Part shown: positions 55,304-64,000 of the stretch, in pieces | How positions within the stretch are numbered: the first letter of the stretch is position 1 | How the letters are laid out: each line of letters starts with the position of its first letter | Virus record (IMG/VR): IMGVR_UViG_3300013936_000026 | Span: 1,813-65,812 of that record | DNA length: 64,000 nt | Source of the DNA: a virus | Taxonomy: Duplodnaviria; Caudoviricetes | Direction: 5' to 3' (one strand) | Program-made: the position numbers and the translations under genes | The notes under the pieces: model-generated | Databases searched by the model: none | What the model was told of the DNA's origin: nothing | The model's input: only the letters and a program-made list of their open reading frames with translations

Positions 55304-58300
55304 TTAGTTCAGCTTATCCAGCTGTTCCACCGCATCCATCATGATCCTGTCAATATTCTCATTAGCAAACTTGATGCTCTCGGTATCAGAGGATTTGTCT
55401 CTCAGCTTCTTCCATTGCTCCATCTGTTTTTCGGCAAGCTCAATCACTCTTACCTTCACAGCATCCTTCGAGTTCTGGAAGTGGTAATACTCCCCGATGT
55501 TCGATAGTCTCTTGTCAATCGGAACGTTCTTCGCTTTCAGTCTATCCACGTTCGCCATGGTAACCTCCATTTCGTCCTTGTAGTTATACCACTTGCTCTT
55601 CGTCCTCTGCAAGCTAGTCTGCTCGCTCGGCGTATAGAAGAGAGAACGGACGAAAGGAACATCCTTGGTCTCGGTATCTTTGCCATGCTTGATAAGCCCA
55701 AGCGTGCGCTCCGCAAAGGTAGCCGCACCACCGAGATAACTACTATAGAAGTGTTGCAATCCCGAAGGATTAGTAACCGCATCCAAGAAGCTGTTTCCAA
55801 GCATATCCTCATTACCTGGGGCTACATCGTTAGTCCACGCATTAACCTTCTTGTTTAAGTCCAATAACACGTCAGGAGTACCCTTGTAAGCGAGCATCCA
55901 AGCTGGCTGATTCTCGTCAAACTTGTTGTCTCGTTCGATAGGAGCACCCTTCCAGTCGCTGTTGTATGCCCATTCGATGAAAGGTGAAGTAGCCGAAGGC
56001 ATCACAGCCTTCACGGTTTCCTGTATCGGATGCTTGCCAAATGAAGCATTACCAAGGTAATCTGCTACAGGAACCAACTGCGACATACAGCCTACTGCAT
56101 CCAAGAAAGGGTTCTTCTGTCCGCTAATGTTAGGCGAGAATGTAAGTCCTGCCACCAAGTCTCCAAGTCCATAGAAGGCTCTTTCCTCAATGGCAAGCGG
56201 AATGGTAACAAACTCGCCGCCGCCCACATATACACATAAGTTGTTTCTTCTGATGTAATCTGGCAACTCGCCGTATGGGTCTTTCACTCCCTTGCGGTCT
56301 TTCTCATCCTCGTTGGCGATAAGAAAGTTGTTGAGCAGGGCAATAGCCATACCGCTAATCATAGGACCACTTGCTATATATCCCAAAGTACCAGCCGTAT
56401 TGTTCTTCAAGTTCTTTGCAAGCAAGTTCGTACTCTGAATACCTGCGTTGAAGAACATCGAAGTATTGCGGAACCAAGCAGAAGTGAAGCGATAGGTTTG
56501 CTTTCTGAAATTCTGGAAGCTACCCATTTCTCCATTCTTGAAGCTCTTGATTTCACTACCAGAACCATGTCGGTTGAAGTTGGTAGAAACCTCTTTCGCA
56601 TCGTAAGCACTACGTACTACCGAACGATTACTATCTCTGCTGGCACAATAGGTAGCGAAACGAGCCATGTTCTCGGCAATCTCGTTCACATTCTCCAAGT
56701 TCTTGAATATGGCATTATAGAAGCCTTTTCCTACCTTGACAGCTTTGTTGCGCTCTGCCTTGATGTCACGCTTATACTCTTCCGTCCATTCCTTCATGCT
56801 CTTAATCTGTACCCAACCTGTTTCGCCGCCGTTCTCCATGAACTCCTTGAAATATCTCTGAATCTTGTCGGAAGTATCAAGCGTTCCGTTACGGTACTTG
56901 ACAAACAAGCCGAAACCGCCTGTGTCCTTGAAGTCGCTCAGTTTAGAATTTCTGATACCCTCTATGATACCCACCTTCGCATAGTACTTTTCAAAGATAC
57001 CAGTATATCTTGCACCTTCCTTAGCCAAGAGGTTAGAGGAAGCAAACTCGAAGTCACGAATCATGTTTCTCATCACAAACTCTGGGTTATAAGACGTGCA
57101 GGTCTGAGCCATAAATCTAGAAATCTTACCAGCAATCTTACCGATGCCAGTCTCATTCTTATGCTCCAGTAATCCATTCAACGCCTGTGCCGCTCTAGGG
57201 TTTCCGTTCACGATGAAGGAGTGCTTCTTTCCTGCAATCATCACATCCACGATATGCTGAGATTTATTCTCCGCTCTCTGGAACTTATACCCGATTCTTC
57301 CTCTGCGATACACCTTCGTAGCCAAGCCCTTCGATGCCAAGTCATTCATTTCCATATTGAAGTCGCTCACAATCTGGCTGATTTCGTCAGCGGTCGCATC
57401 GTCAGGAATATCTGGGTAACGCTCCACGGTGGTCTGAGTGATAGGGTCGCTTACATACCAAACGCTAGTTTCCGTCACAAGATTATTGTTCGAGTTGTTT
57501 CTGATGAATCTAGCGAACGCCTGTTTGATGGCATTCTGTCCGCCGTTCTTGATGGCACGGTTGCCCATCGCTCCAATCTGAGCCAAGATGTTCGTTTCAC
57601 TCAGATACTTGTGACCCCTTGCCCTCATGATCGTCTTGCCGATGTAAGATTTAGGGTCGCCCTTCTCGGTGATATATCCGTATGTATCTTCCGCCGTAGC
57701 CTCGTCATACTTTCTCAGAGGCACATACCAGTTGAACATCTCCGAAACATGACCATACAGCTCCCTGCTTATCAGTCCGTTCCTATAGTCACAGTCGATG
57801 GAATACTGGGTTGCAGTCTTCACCTTATCCCAATAGTCCTTCACTGCGCCCTTCTTGATGTCCTCCATTCTGCCCTCAGAGTCCATCACGCTCTGTATAG
57901 CCTCCGCATCATCGTAAGGGTCGGAACTTTTCTCCACCTTCTGAATGGCGTGAATGCCCGAATAGTCGTGTTCGCCGGCATCAAACTTATTCGTTTCATC
58001 CACGTAAGTACGGATGAAGTCATCCATCTGCTTGTAATACTCCTTCAAGTCGATGTCGCCACGCTCCAACTTCTCGTCAAGTGTCGCCTTCTCGTTGCCC
58101 CAATCATTCTCAATGGTATCGGCAAGCTTCTTCTTTTTCTCGTCCATGCGCATGTCCTTCAAGGCATCACGCACATACAAGATACGGTTGCGCTCCAAAC
58201 CATGCTTGGTAATCATGTAGAGGTTGAAGTTACGAATCTTCTCATCGTCATTCTTGCCCTCGAAGGCATCAAGCACCCCTGCCATCGCCTTGTCGAGAGG

Positions 58301-61300
58301 CTTCATCACGTTGCGCTCAAACATTCTTGCCGCATCGCTCATCGCTCCCTGCATCGTGTTCTGCAAGATATAAGGATTCTCCGAAGAGGCAATATCCTCA
58401 ATCTTCTTGCCAGGCGCAATCGCCGTCATCAAGTTCTTAAGCGAAAGCATATTGTCCATATAACTCTCAGTGAACATATAGCCGTGCTCATCAAGCGAAC
58501 GATGGTATCTATCAAGAGCCGTGCCAGCCGATGGGGTAGTGCGGAAATGAATCTTTCCGTCAGTTGCCTCTTGGTACTCAGCCTTAGGCAAGTCGCCCAA
58601 GTCCCGAGCCTTGCCATCATTACTCTGAAACATACCATCCTTGGCGATAACGTCAGGCACATCCTCATGGTCGAGACGGTATTTCACCGCCTCGGCTCTC
58701 ATCTTCCAGTAAGGATCGTTAGGATTCTTCTGCAAGTTCTTGCTCAACCAGAGCAGATACTTCACATCCTTGGTGTTAGGAGCCATGCGATAACCGATTT
58801 CGTGCAAGAAGTCAGAAACCTTATTTTTTAAGTTTCTCCAGAAACCAGCCTCGCCTCTTCCTTCCTCGGCAAGTCGGGCGATACCCTCCTCAATGGCATT
58901 ATACACATTGAACGGATTGTACTTCATTTCCTCCATCACCAACTTCTTCAAGTCGGCGTTCTCAGGCTTATCCAAGTCATACCACACATCACGCAGGAAC
59001 CTGTTGAATCTGTCTTCGCCAAACAACTCTCTCATTCCCTTGTGTCCCACAACCTCATGCCAGATAGTCTTCTCGGCAGTATAGCGGTCGTGGATGTTAG
59101 GCATGTACAAGTGTACCTCGCCAGTCTTCTCGTCATACCAGCCAGTTACATTCTTACCTGCTTCGATGTCAGCCTTCACCCTAGGGTTCGTAATCTCGTC
59201 CGCCGAATTAACCTCGTTCGCTTTCACGCCCACCTTCTCACTCACGTTGGCGATATGGTTAGCCACGATGCTCTGTGCATCATTACCCTGCTCACCATTG
59301 GTAGTACGATAGTGTGCTCTACTCTCCTCGAAGTCATTAGGTGTCTTAACCTTCACATCCATACTATTCAAGACATGAAGCACATCATGCAATTTGTCGG
59401 CATCGAACGTAGCCCAAAAGTTGTTGCCTTTGGATTGGAAGTTGTGACCATGTACCAAGCCTAGCAGCTCTTGGTTCAAATAATACTTACCGCCTTCCTT
59501 TCTGCTAGCAGGAACATAGATGGTGTACATAGAGCCAAAGTTCTTAGCTATTCTCAACTTGCCGTCAGTTGATTTCAATTCCGTTCCGCCTTCTTTCTTG
59601 GTAAACCAATTATATGCCTTCGCAATAGGCATATTACCTGTAATTTCCTCCGTGCTCACGCTGTCTGGCACCAAGATACCTTGCTTAACCTTACCGTCAT
59701 CGGTAGTGTATGAAATCAAGTGCCCGATGCTATTGTTGTCAGCCAAAGCCTCCAACATATTACCTGTAATGATACGTCCTGTTGTTCTGTCTTTCTTAGG
59801 AATCATTCTATCCCAAGAATCCATAGTGATAACCTTACACTCCTTGGCGAATCTTTCTGTGTCTGTATCAATTCTTTCAAGTACCTTTGGTCTGGTCAGT
59901 GGTATTTCCACACGCTTTCTTGAATCGGTGGTAGCAAAGACGATGGAAGATGAACCTAAGTTGTAGTTCTTGTCGTACTTGAAACCGATAACTCTAGCAA
60001 ACTCAGGATATGATGAAGTGGCATTGTCTTCCATATACCAATCCGATGGAACACTAACAGTTTTGTTTGGGTCGCAAACATAGAGCGGACCAATAAACAT
60101 TTCATATTTAGTGTTTATGTTTGCGATAGCTTCTGATTGTTTCTCCAAAAGTTTCTTTTTGACATCAGCGACAACATCAGATATTCTAGTCTTTATCTCT
60201 TCTTCTGTCAAAATATGTTCGCCCGGTGCGAGCTGGGTTCCCTTGTCGATTTTCTTTTGAACCTTGTCGTTCTGTTTCTCTAAAGACTTGCGAGTATTTT
60301 CCTCCGCTTTGGCAACTTTCTTTTCCATCTGCTCTGCCATTTTAGCCTTGGTTTCCTCAATCTTGGCAGCTTGTGCTTCCTTGATTTCAGCAATCTTATC
60401 GCTTCTCCAAGTTTCATAGTCCTTGCCGCCGAACATCTTCTTTTGTGCTTCCTGCACCTCCTCAGCCTTCATAGGCTTCTTCAAAACATTCATTTCCACA
60501 GTTTCGATATAGGTGTTGTCGGCAAAGGCGTTGTCGCCGTTAGGGTCTGAGCCTTCCTTCCAAACCTCACGCTTCAAGGTCTTAGCCTCCAGTGGCATGT
60601 CTGTTATTTCGAGGTCGTTCATACCCATATCGTTCAACTGCTTAATCTTTTGCGCGTAGGCATCCGAAATGTCTTTTAGTACCACTTCCTGCTCCTTCAC
60701 TGGTAACAAAGTCAGTCGCTTCATTACCTCGTAAGCAGGAGAGGAAACCGTGTCCTTTGTGTTCTTTCTTAACTCTCCAAGCGACAAACCATCCTTGGCG
60801 TACTCCATGAATCCCCAACCCAGAGGGTCGGCGAGTTTGTTGTAATACTCTGGGTGTTGCGCCATATACTGCAAGACTATCTCATCACCATACTTGTTGG
60901 TGAAGTCTTGCACATCTACCTCGTTGAATTTACTCTTTTGAGAAGAAGTCGTGTTGGCATCCAATGATTTCAGTTTGTTCTTGAACATCATCATCAGTCG
61001 TTGTTCGGCTGGGATGGATGAAACTAAGTAAACGTACTTTCCTCGTCTTACCTGTCCTGTGCGGTCGATACGACCACGCATTTGCACCTCCTCGTTGATA
61101 TTCCCTTGCATCTGAGCGAATATCATGGTGCGCTGTCTTTGGTCTTTAAACTTAGTAGAGGCATGAAGAGAAATACCAGTTGAGGCAGAACGGTTCAAGA
61201 TAAGCACGTCAAGATCACCATTGTTGAATCGGTCTGCCAAGGCATTCTTGTTGGTATCGGTGCGCTTTTGTCTTACCACTTTTCCATCCTCATTATATAC

Positions 61301-64000
61301 GAACTCGGTGTTTCTACCAGTCAGCTCTCCCACACGATAGCCAGCTTGCTCCAACCTGTGTTTGATTACATCAATAGGGCTGATGCTCAGTCCGCTTGTG
61401 GCAGATGCTATCTTTTCCTTGATTTCGTTATATCGTGCCACTGCTTCTTCGCCAAGTTCCTCAAGTCTCAATACCTTATTGTCTCGGTCTCCATATTCAT
61501 TCTTCTCGGTGTATCTCAATATACCTTCCAAACCTTTCATAAGGGTAGTGTTAAGGTCTGGCATATCCATCACTTCTCCCATCGGGTACTCGTCTGTCAT
61601 ACCCTCCATGGTGTTGTTTACTGCGATAACAGGTTTCTCTCCGTTCTTGATGGCTTCGATGGCATAGTCTGCCACCTTCTCAGCTTTGATGGAGAAGAGT
61701 GCTTGCTGTACTACATTGTAAGCTTTGCTTGCAAATGTAACGTTGCCGATACCCATATCCTTTGTTCCAGGTGTGTGGTCCACGCTACCTTGGATTAATG
61801 CGGCATCATCGCTCATTTCCCCCAACTTGGCATCCACGTAAGTACGTTGGAAGTTCAATATGTCGTTGAATATACCAAAGATATTGTCAAACTTGTCTCG
61901 TTGTGCTTGAATCTCTGTTTCGTCCTCGGTAAGTGGATTCCAGTCGATGGTTACGCCAGTCATATCTCGCTCACGGCGAATCATCTGACCGCTTCGTGTC
62001 AAGGCTTGGCTCATAATCTCTTGGAACACGGTACCACCTTTCTTGATGGCATTCAGAATTTTCCAAGAAGCATCATCCTTTTCGTCCTTTTCGTCCTTGC
62101 TCTTACTGCCCAAGTCTGTCTTCAAGGCATACAGTTTCATCGCATCAGGAGTTTTTGCATAGGTAGCACTAAGGAATGTTACGCCCTTAGCCTTTGGCAA
62201 AACCTTCTGAATGAATGCACTTCCGCTTCCTTCACCTGCGGCATCATGACTTTCGTCAAGTATAAAGATACTGTTCTCTGCGAGTTTTTCAATAGCATCA
62301 CGCTTCAACTGTCCGTTGCGGTCAGCTGCATTAATCTTTTTCTTATCTTTCCACTTGCCACCCTTATATTCCTGCAAACCCGTTCTGATTTGCGAATAAG
62401 TGGTGAGGATATAATCATATCCCTCTGGCAATTTTCCGTTTTCTGCGATATATTTTAATACTCGTTGTGTTTCTGTAGTGCTTGGCACATTATATATAAT
62501 GCGCTGTTTTCTTACCTTGGTAACCCTTCCGTCAAGTCCTTTCACCTCTTCATCGTAGTTCTCCTTAATGTTGCCATCCTTGCTGGAGGCTAGGATAAAT
62601 GGACGCAATTCAGGACTACCAATGTCTGTCAAGTCACGATAGGTGTCAGAGAAAAGGTTAGGCTTGATGGTGAACGATACTGGAATCCTACCTTGCTTAA
62701 CCGCATAACGAATGATGGCAGCAGCTTGTCTTCCCTTACCTATACCAGTCTGGTCTCCAATAATGAAGCCATTGCCTTTCTCCATCTGTTTTAATCCCAA
62801 GGCAACAGCATCCACTTGCTCGGCGGCGAGATGTGCGTACAAATCTTCCTTGTCATTATAGCCAAGGTTATCTACCAAGTATTGGTCGGCATCGCCAAGC
62901 TTATTCAATACCGTTTCAAGTGCCTCTTTTTGTCTAGCTGGTACCACGGCACCGAGCGACATGGAATGACTGTTAGGGGTATATGCAACCTTCTCTGTAG
63001 TCAAAGTTTGTTTCTTCTCTTCCTTTGGTTGGGTAGGAGTGTTGCTTACTGATTGAACATCTGAGGACTGTAGTCGTACTCCACGCTCTCGTCCATCTGT
63101 TCCGTTATCAGTTGCGCTAGTGTTGCTTCCTCCAGAGATAGAGTTGTCTCCTCGTCCGCTACTTCCATCGGTTCGTTCAGATTGTGGTACAGAAGTTTGT
63201 CCCCCTCTTGTGTCTGGGTTACTATTTCCATCGCTAGCACTCTCAGTTGTTCCTCCGTTGGCATCTTCTCGTTGCTCCACAGGTCGGGTGCTTGTGTCCA
63301 GTTCAGTCTGTTTAGGATTTGCAGGAGTTCTGTCAGAAACTCCTTCGTCTCCCATTCGTCCGACTCGTCCACCATTCTCTTTAGTAGAATCAGAAACGTT
63401 TGTTCTATCACCTGCATTGTCACCTTTTCGCTTTTCTTCTCCGTGAATATCCACGGATTTGTCTTTGCTACGTAGTATGTCATCGTTTATTCTTTTATAA
63501 AGTTCGTCATAATCTTTCACGGATTCTGCTCTAGCGTTCTTCTCCACTGGTGGGTACACCTTGTTTTCTGGGTCGAACTTGCGTCTTCCGTTTATTAATA
63601 TAATACGTGTAGGGTAGGTAGTTCCCTGCTTTGCATAGAGACTGCCATCCACATTTATCACGTCCTCCACATTATAGTGGCTGTAGAGATAACCAAGGAA
63701 AGCCTTATCCTTCGGGTTCAGACTTCCGTTCTTGGCGTATTCCGTCTTGCCGCCGATGATGATGGCAGCACGACCATCGTTCTTCATGCTCTCCAAGGCA
63801 TTGATAGCCATCTGACCCTCCAGAGAGGAAATCTTGTAGCCGTCATACTCCTTTGGCGTTGCACTACCGAATGGTGGGTTAGTTACCACCACGTCAACAT
63901 CTTTGTCGGCGAAAGGCTGCGTGCCGTCTTGGCTCGTCACGTTCTTGAAGCCCTGTCTTCTCAGGTTCGCCAAACGTTGAGCGTCAATGTCGTTCACATG
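55304..64000 (-). CDS. Giant polyvalent DarB-like protein, 5'-truncated by the window: amino-methyltransferase, strawberry-notch-type SF2 helicase, HExxH peptidase-like, LPD38-like C-terminus
   Basis: NPPF (~63870), GDQTGIGKG (~62740), DESH (~62310), QMQGN..QMRGRIDRTGQ (~61070), HEVVGH (~59050); the frame is open at 64000. Confidence 0.85.
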   Translation of the reverse strand, partial: HVNDIDAQRLANLRRQGFKNVTSQDGTQPFADKDVDVVVTNPPFGSATPKEYDGYKISSLEGQMAINALESMKNDGRAAIIIGGKTEYAKNGSLNPKDKAFLGYLYSHYNVEDVINVDGSLYAKQGTTYPTRIILINGRRKFDPENKVYPPVEKNARAESVKDYDELYKRINDDILRSKDKSVDIHGEEKRKGDNAGDRTNVSDSTKENGGRVGRMGDEGVSDRTPANPKQTELDTSTRPVEQREDANGGTTESASDGNSNPDTRGGQTSVPQSERTDGSSGRGDNSISGGSNTSATDNGTDGRERGVRLQSSDVQSVSNTPTQPKEEKKQTLTTEKVAYTPNSHSMSLGAVVPARQKEALETVLNKLGDADQYLVDNLGYNDKEDLYAHLAAEQVDAVALGLKQMEKGNGFIIGDQTGIGKGRQAAAIIRYAVKQGRIPVSFTIKPNLFSDTYRDLTDIGSPELRPFILASSKDGNIKENYDEEVKGLDGRVTKVRKQRIIYNVPSTTETQRVLKYIAENGKLPEGYDYILTTYSQIRTGLQEYKGGKWKDKKKINAADRNGQLKRDAIEKLAENSIFILDESHDAAGEGSGSAFIQKVLPKAKGVTFLSATYAKTPDAMKLYALKTDLGSKSKDEKDEKDDASWKILNAIKKGGTVFQEIMSQALTRSGQMIRRERDMTGVTIDWNPLTEDETEIQAQRDKFDNIFGIFNDILNFQRTYVDAKLGEMSDDAALIQGSVDHTPGTKDMGIGNVTFASKAYNVVQQALFSIKAEKVADYAIEAIKNGEKPVIAVNNTMEGMTDEYPMGEVMDMPDLNTTLMKGLEGILRYTEKNEYGDRDNKVLRLEELGEEAVARYNEIKEKIASATSGLSISPIDVIKHRLEQAGYRVGELTGRNTEFVYNEDGKVVRQKRTDTNKNALADRFNNGDLDVLILNRSASTGISLHASTKFKDQRQRTMIFAQMQGNINEEVQMRGRIDRTGQVRRGKYVYLVSSIPAEQRLMMMFKNKLKSLDANTTSSQKSKFNEVDVQDFTNKYGDEIVLQYMAQHPEYYNKLADPLGWGFMEYAKDGLSLGELRKNTKDTVSSPAYEVMKRLTLLPVKEQEVVLKDISDAYAQKIKQLNDMGMNDLEITDMPLEAKTLKREVWKEGSDPNGDNAFADNTYIETVEMNVLKKPMKAEEVQEAQKKMFGGKDYETWRSDKIAEIKEAQAAKIEETKAKMAEQMEKKVAKAEENTRKSLEKQNDKVQKKIDKGTQLAPGEHILTEEEIKTRISDVVADVKKKLLEKQSEAIANINTKYEMFIGPLYVCDPNKTVSVPSDWYMEDNATSSYPEFARVIGFKYDKNYNLGSSSIVFATTDSRKRVEIPLTRPKVLERIDTDTERFAKECKVITMDSWDRMIPKKDRTTGRIITGNMLEALADNNSIGHLISYTTDDGKVKQGILVPDSVSTEEITGNMPIAKAYNWFTKKEGGTELKSTDGKLRIAKNFGSMYTIYVPASRKEGGKYYLNQELLGLVHGHNFQSKGNNFWATFDADKLHDVLHVLNSMDVKVKTPNDFEESRAHYRTTNGEQGNDAQSIVANHIANVSEKVGVKANEVNSADEITNPRVKADIEAGKNVTGWYDEKTGEVHLYMPNIHDRYTAEKTIWHEVVGHKGMRELFGEDRFNRFLRDVWYDLDKPENADLKKLVMEEMKYNPFNVYNAIEEGIARLAEEGRGEAGFWRNLKNKVSDFLHEIGYRMAPNTKDVKYLLWLSKNLQKNPNDPYWKMRAEAVKYRLDHEDVPDVIAKDGMFQSNDGKARDLGDLPKAEYQEATDGKIHFRTTPSAGTALDRYHRSLDEHGYMFTESYMDNMLSLKNLMTAIAPGKKIEDIASSENPYILQNTMQGAMSDAARMFERNVMKPLDKAMAGVLDAFEGKNDDEKIRNFNLYMITKHGLERNRILYVRDALKDMRMDEKKKKLADTIENDWGNEKATLDEKLERGDIDLKEYYKQMDDFIRTYVDETNKFDAGEHDYSGIHAIQKVEKSSDPYDDAEAIQSVMDSEGRMEDIKKGAVKDYWDKVKTATQYSIDCDYRNGLISRELYGHVSEMFNWYVPLRKYDEATAEDTYGYITEKGDPKSYIGKTIMRARGHKYLSETNILAQIGAMGNRAIKNGGQNAIKQAFARFIRNNSNNNLVTETSVWYVSDPITQTTVERYPDIPDDATADEISQIVSDFNMEMNDLASKGLATKVYRRGRIGYKFQRAENKSQHIVDVMIAGKKHSFIVNGNPRAAQALNGLLEHKNETGIGKIAGKISRFMAQTCTSYNPEFVMRNMIRDFEFASSNLLAKEGARYTGIFEKYYAKVGIIEGIRNSKLSDFKDTGGFGLFVKYRNGTLDTSDKIQRYFKEFMENGGETGWVQIKSMKEWTEEYKRDIKAERNKAVKVGKGFYNAIFKNLENVNEIAENMARFATYCASRDSNRSVVRSAYDAKEVSTNFNRHGSGSEIKSFKNGEMGSFQNFRKQTYRFTSAWFRNTSMFFNAGIQSTNLLAKNLKNNTAGTLGYIASGPMISGMAIALLNNFLIANEDEKDRKGVKDPYGELPDYIRRNNLCVYVGGGEFVTIPLAIEERAFYGLGDLVAGLTFSPNISGQKNPFLDAVGCMSQLVPVADYLGNASFGKHPIQETVKAVMPSATSPFIEWAYNSDWKGAPIERDNKFDENQPAWMLAYKGTPDVLLDLNKKVNAWTNDVAPGNEDMLGNSFLDAVTNPSGLQHFYSSYLGGAATFAERTLGLIKHGKDTETKDVPFVRSLFYTPSEQTSLQRTKSKWYNYKDEMEVTMANVDRLKAKNVPIDKRLSNIGEYYHFQNSKDAVKVRVIELAEKQMEQWKKLRDKSSDTESIKFANENIDRIMMDAVEQLDKLN

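Noticed and set aside
57221-58831. 536-aa plus-strand ORF
   Set aside because: Antisense shadow of the giant minus-strand gene; no motifs
63046-63483. 145-aa alternative-frame ORF inside the giant gene
   Set aside because: Overlaps a low-complexity linker in another frame; no initiation signal or motif
1-64000. CRISPR array, tRNA or rRNA genes, DGR template repeat or reverse transcriptase
   Set aside because: None recognised by eye; a tRNAscan/Infernal run and a VR self-alignment would be needed to exclude them formally

Overview
Bacteroidales (probably Prevotella/Segatella-infecting) phage DNA with no host housekeeping genes. About 1-44.9 kb is an AT-rich crAss-like (Crassvirales) segment: small minus-strand genes, then terminase, scaffold-like protein, major capsid protein split by a group I intron (17096-18168) carrying a GIY-YIG endonuclease, ring/hub/muzzle tail proteins and large cargo proteins. 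Unusually for this group, it carries a Bacteroidetes-type tyrosine integrase next to an intact attP-like site. That site contains the last 56 codons and a terminator of a bacterial GGGtGRT gene, flanked by repeats, and an IS4-family element sits at its edge. The portal gene and the giant virion RNA polymerase are absent from their usual positions. From about 45.2 kb the DNA is GC-richer and resembles a different Bacteroidales phage: a tail module ending in a DGR-type variable-region gene whose avd/TR/RT cassette appears deleted, a six-gene cassette, antisense AT-rich accessory genes, and the C-terminal part of a giant methyltransferase-helicase-peptidase (DarB-like) protein that runs off the window. 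The best candidate for new biology is a temperate, possibly hybrid, crAss-like phage that integrates into the 3' end of GGGtGRT. Family names come from motif recognition and recall, not from database searches, and an assembly chimera cannot be excluded.
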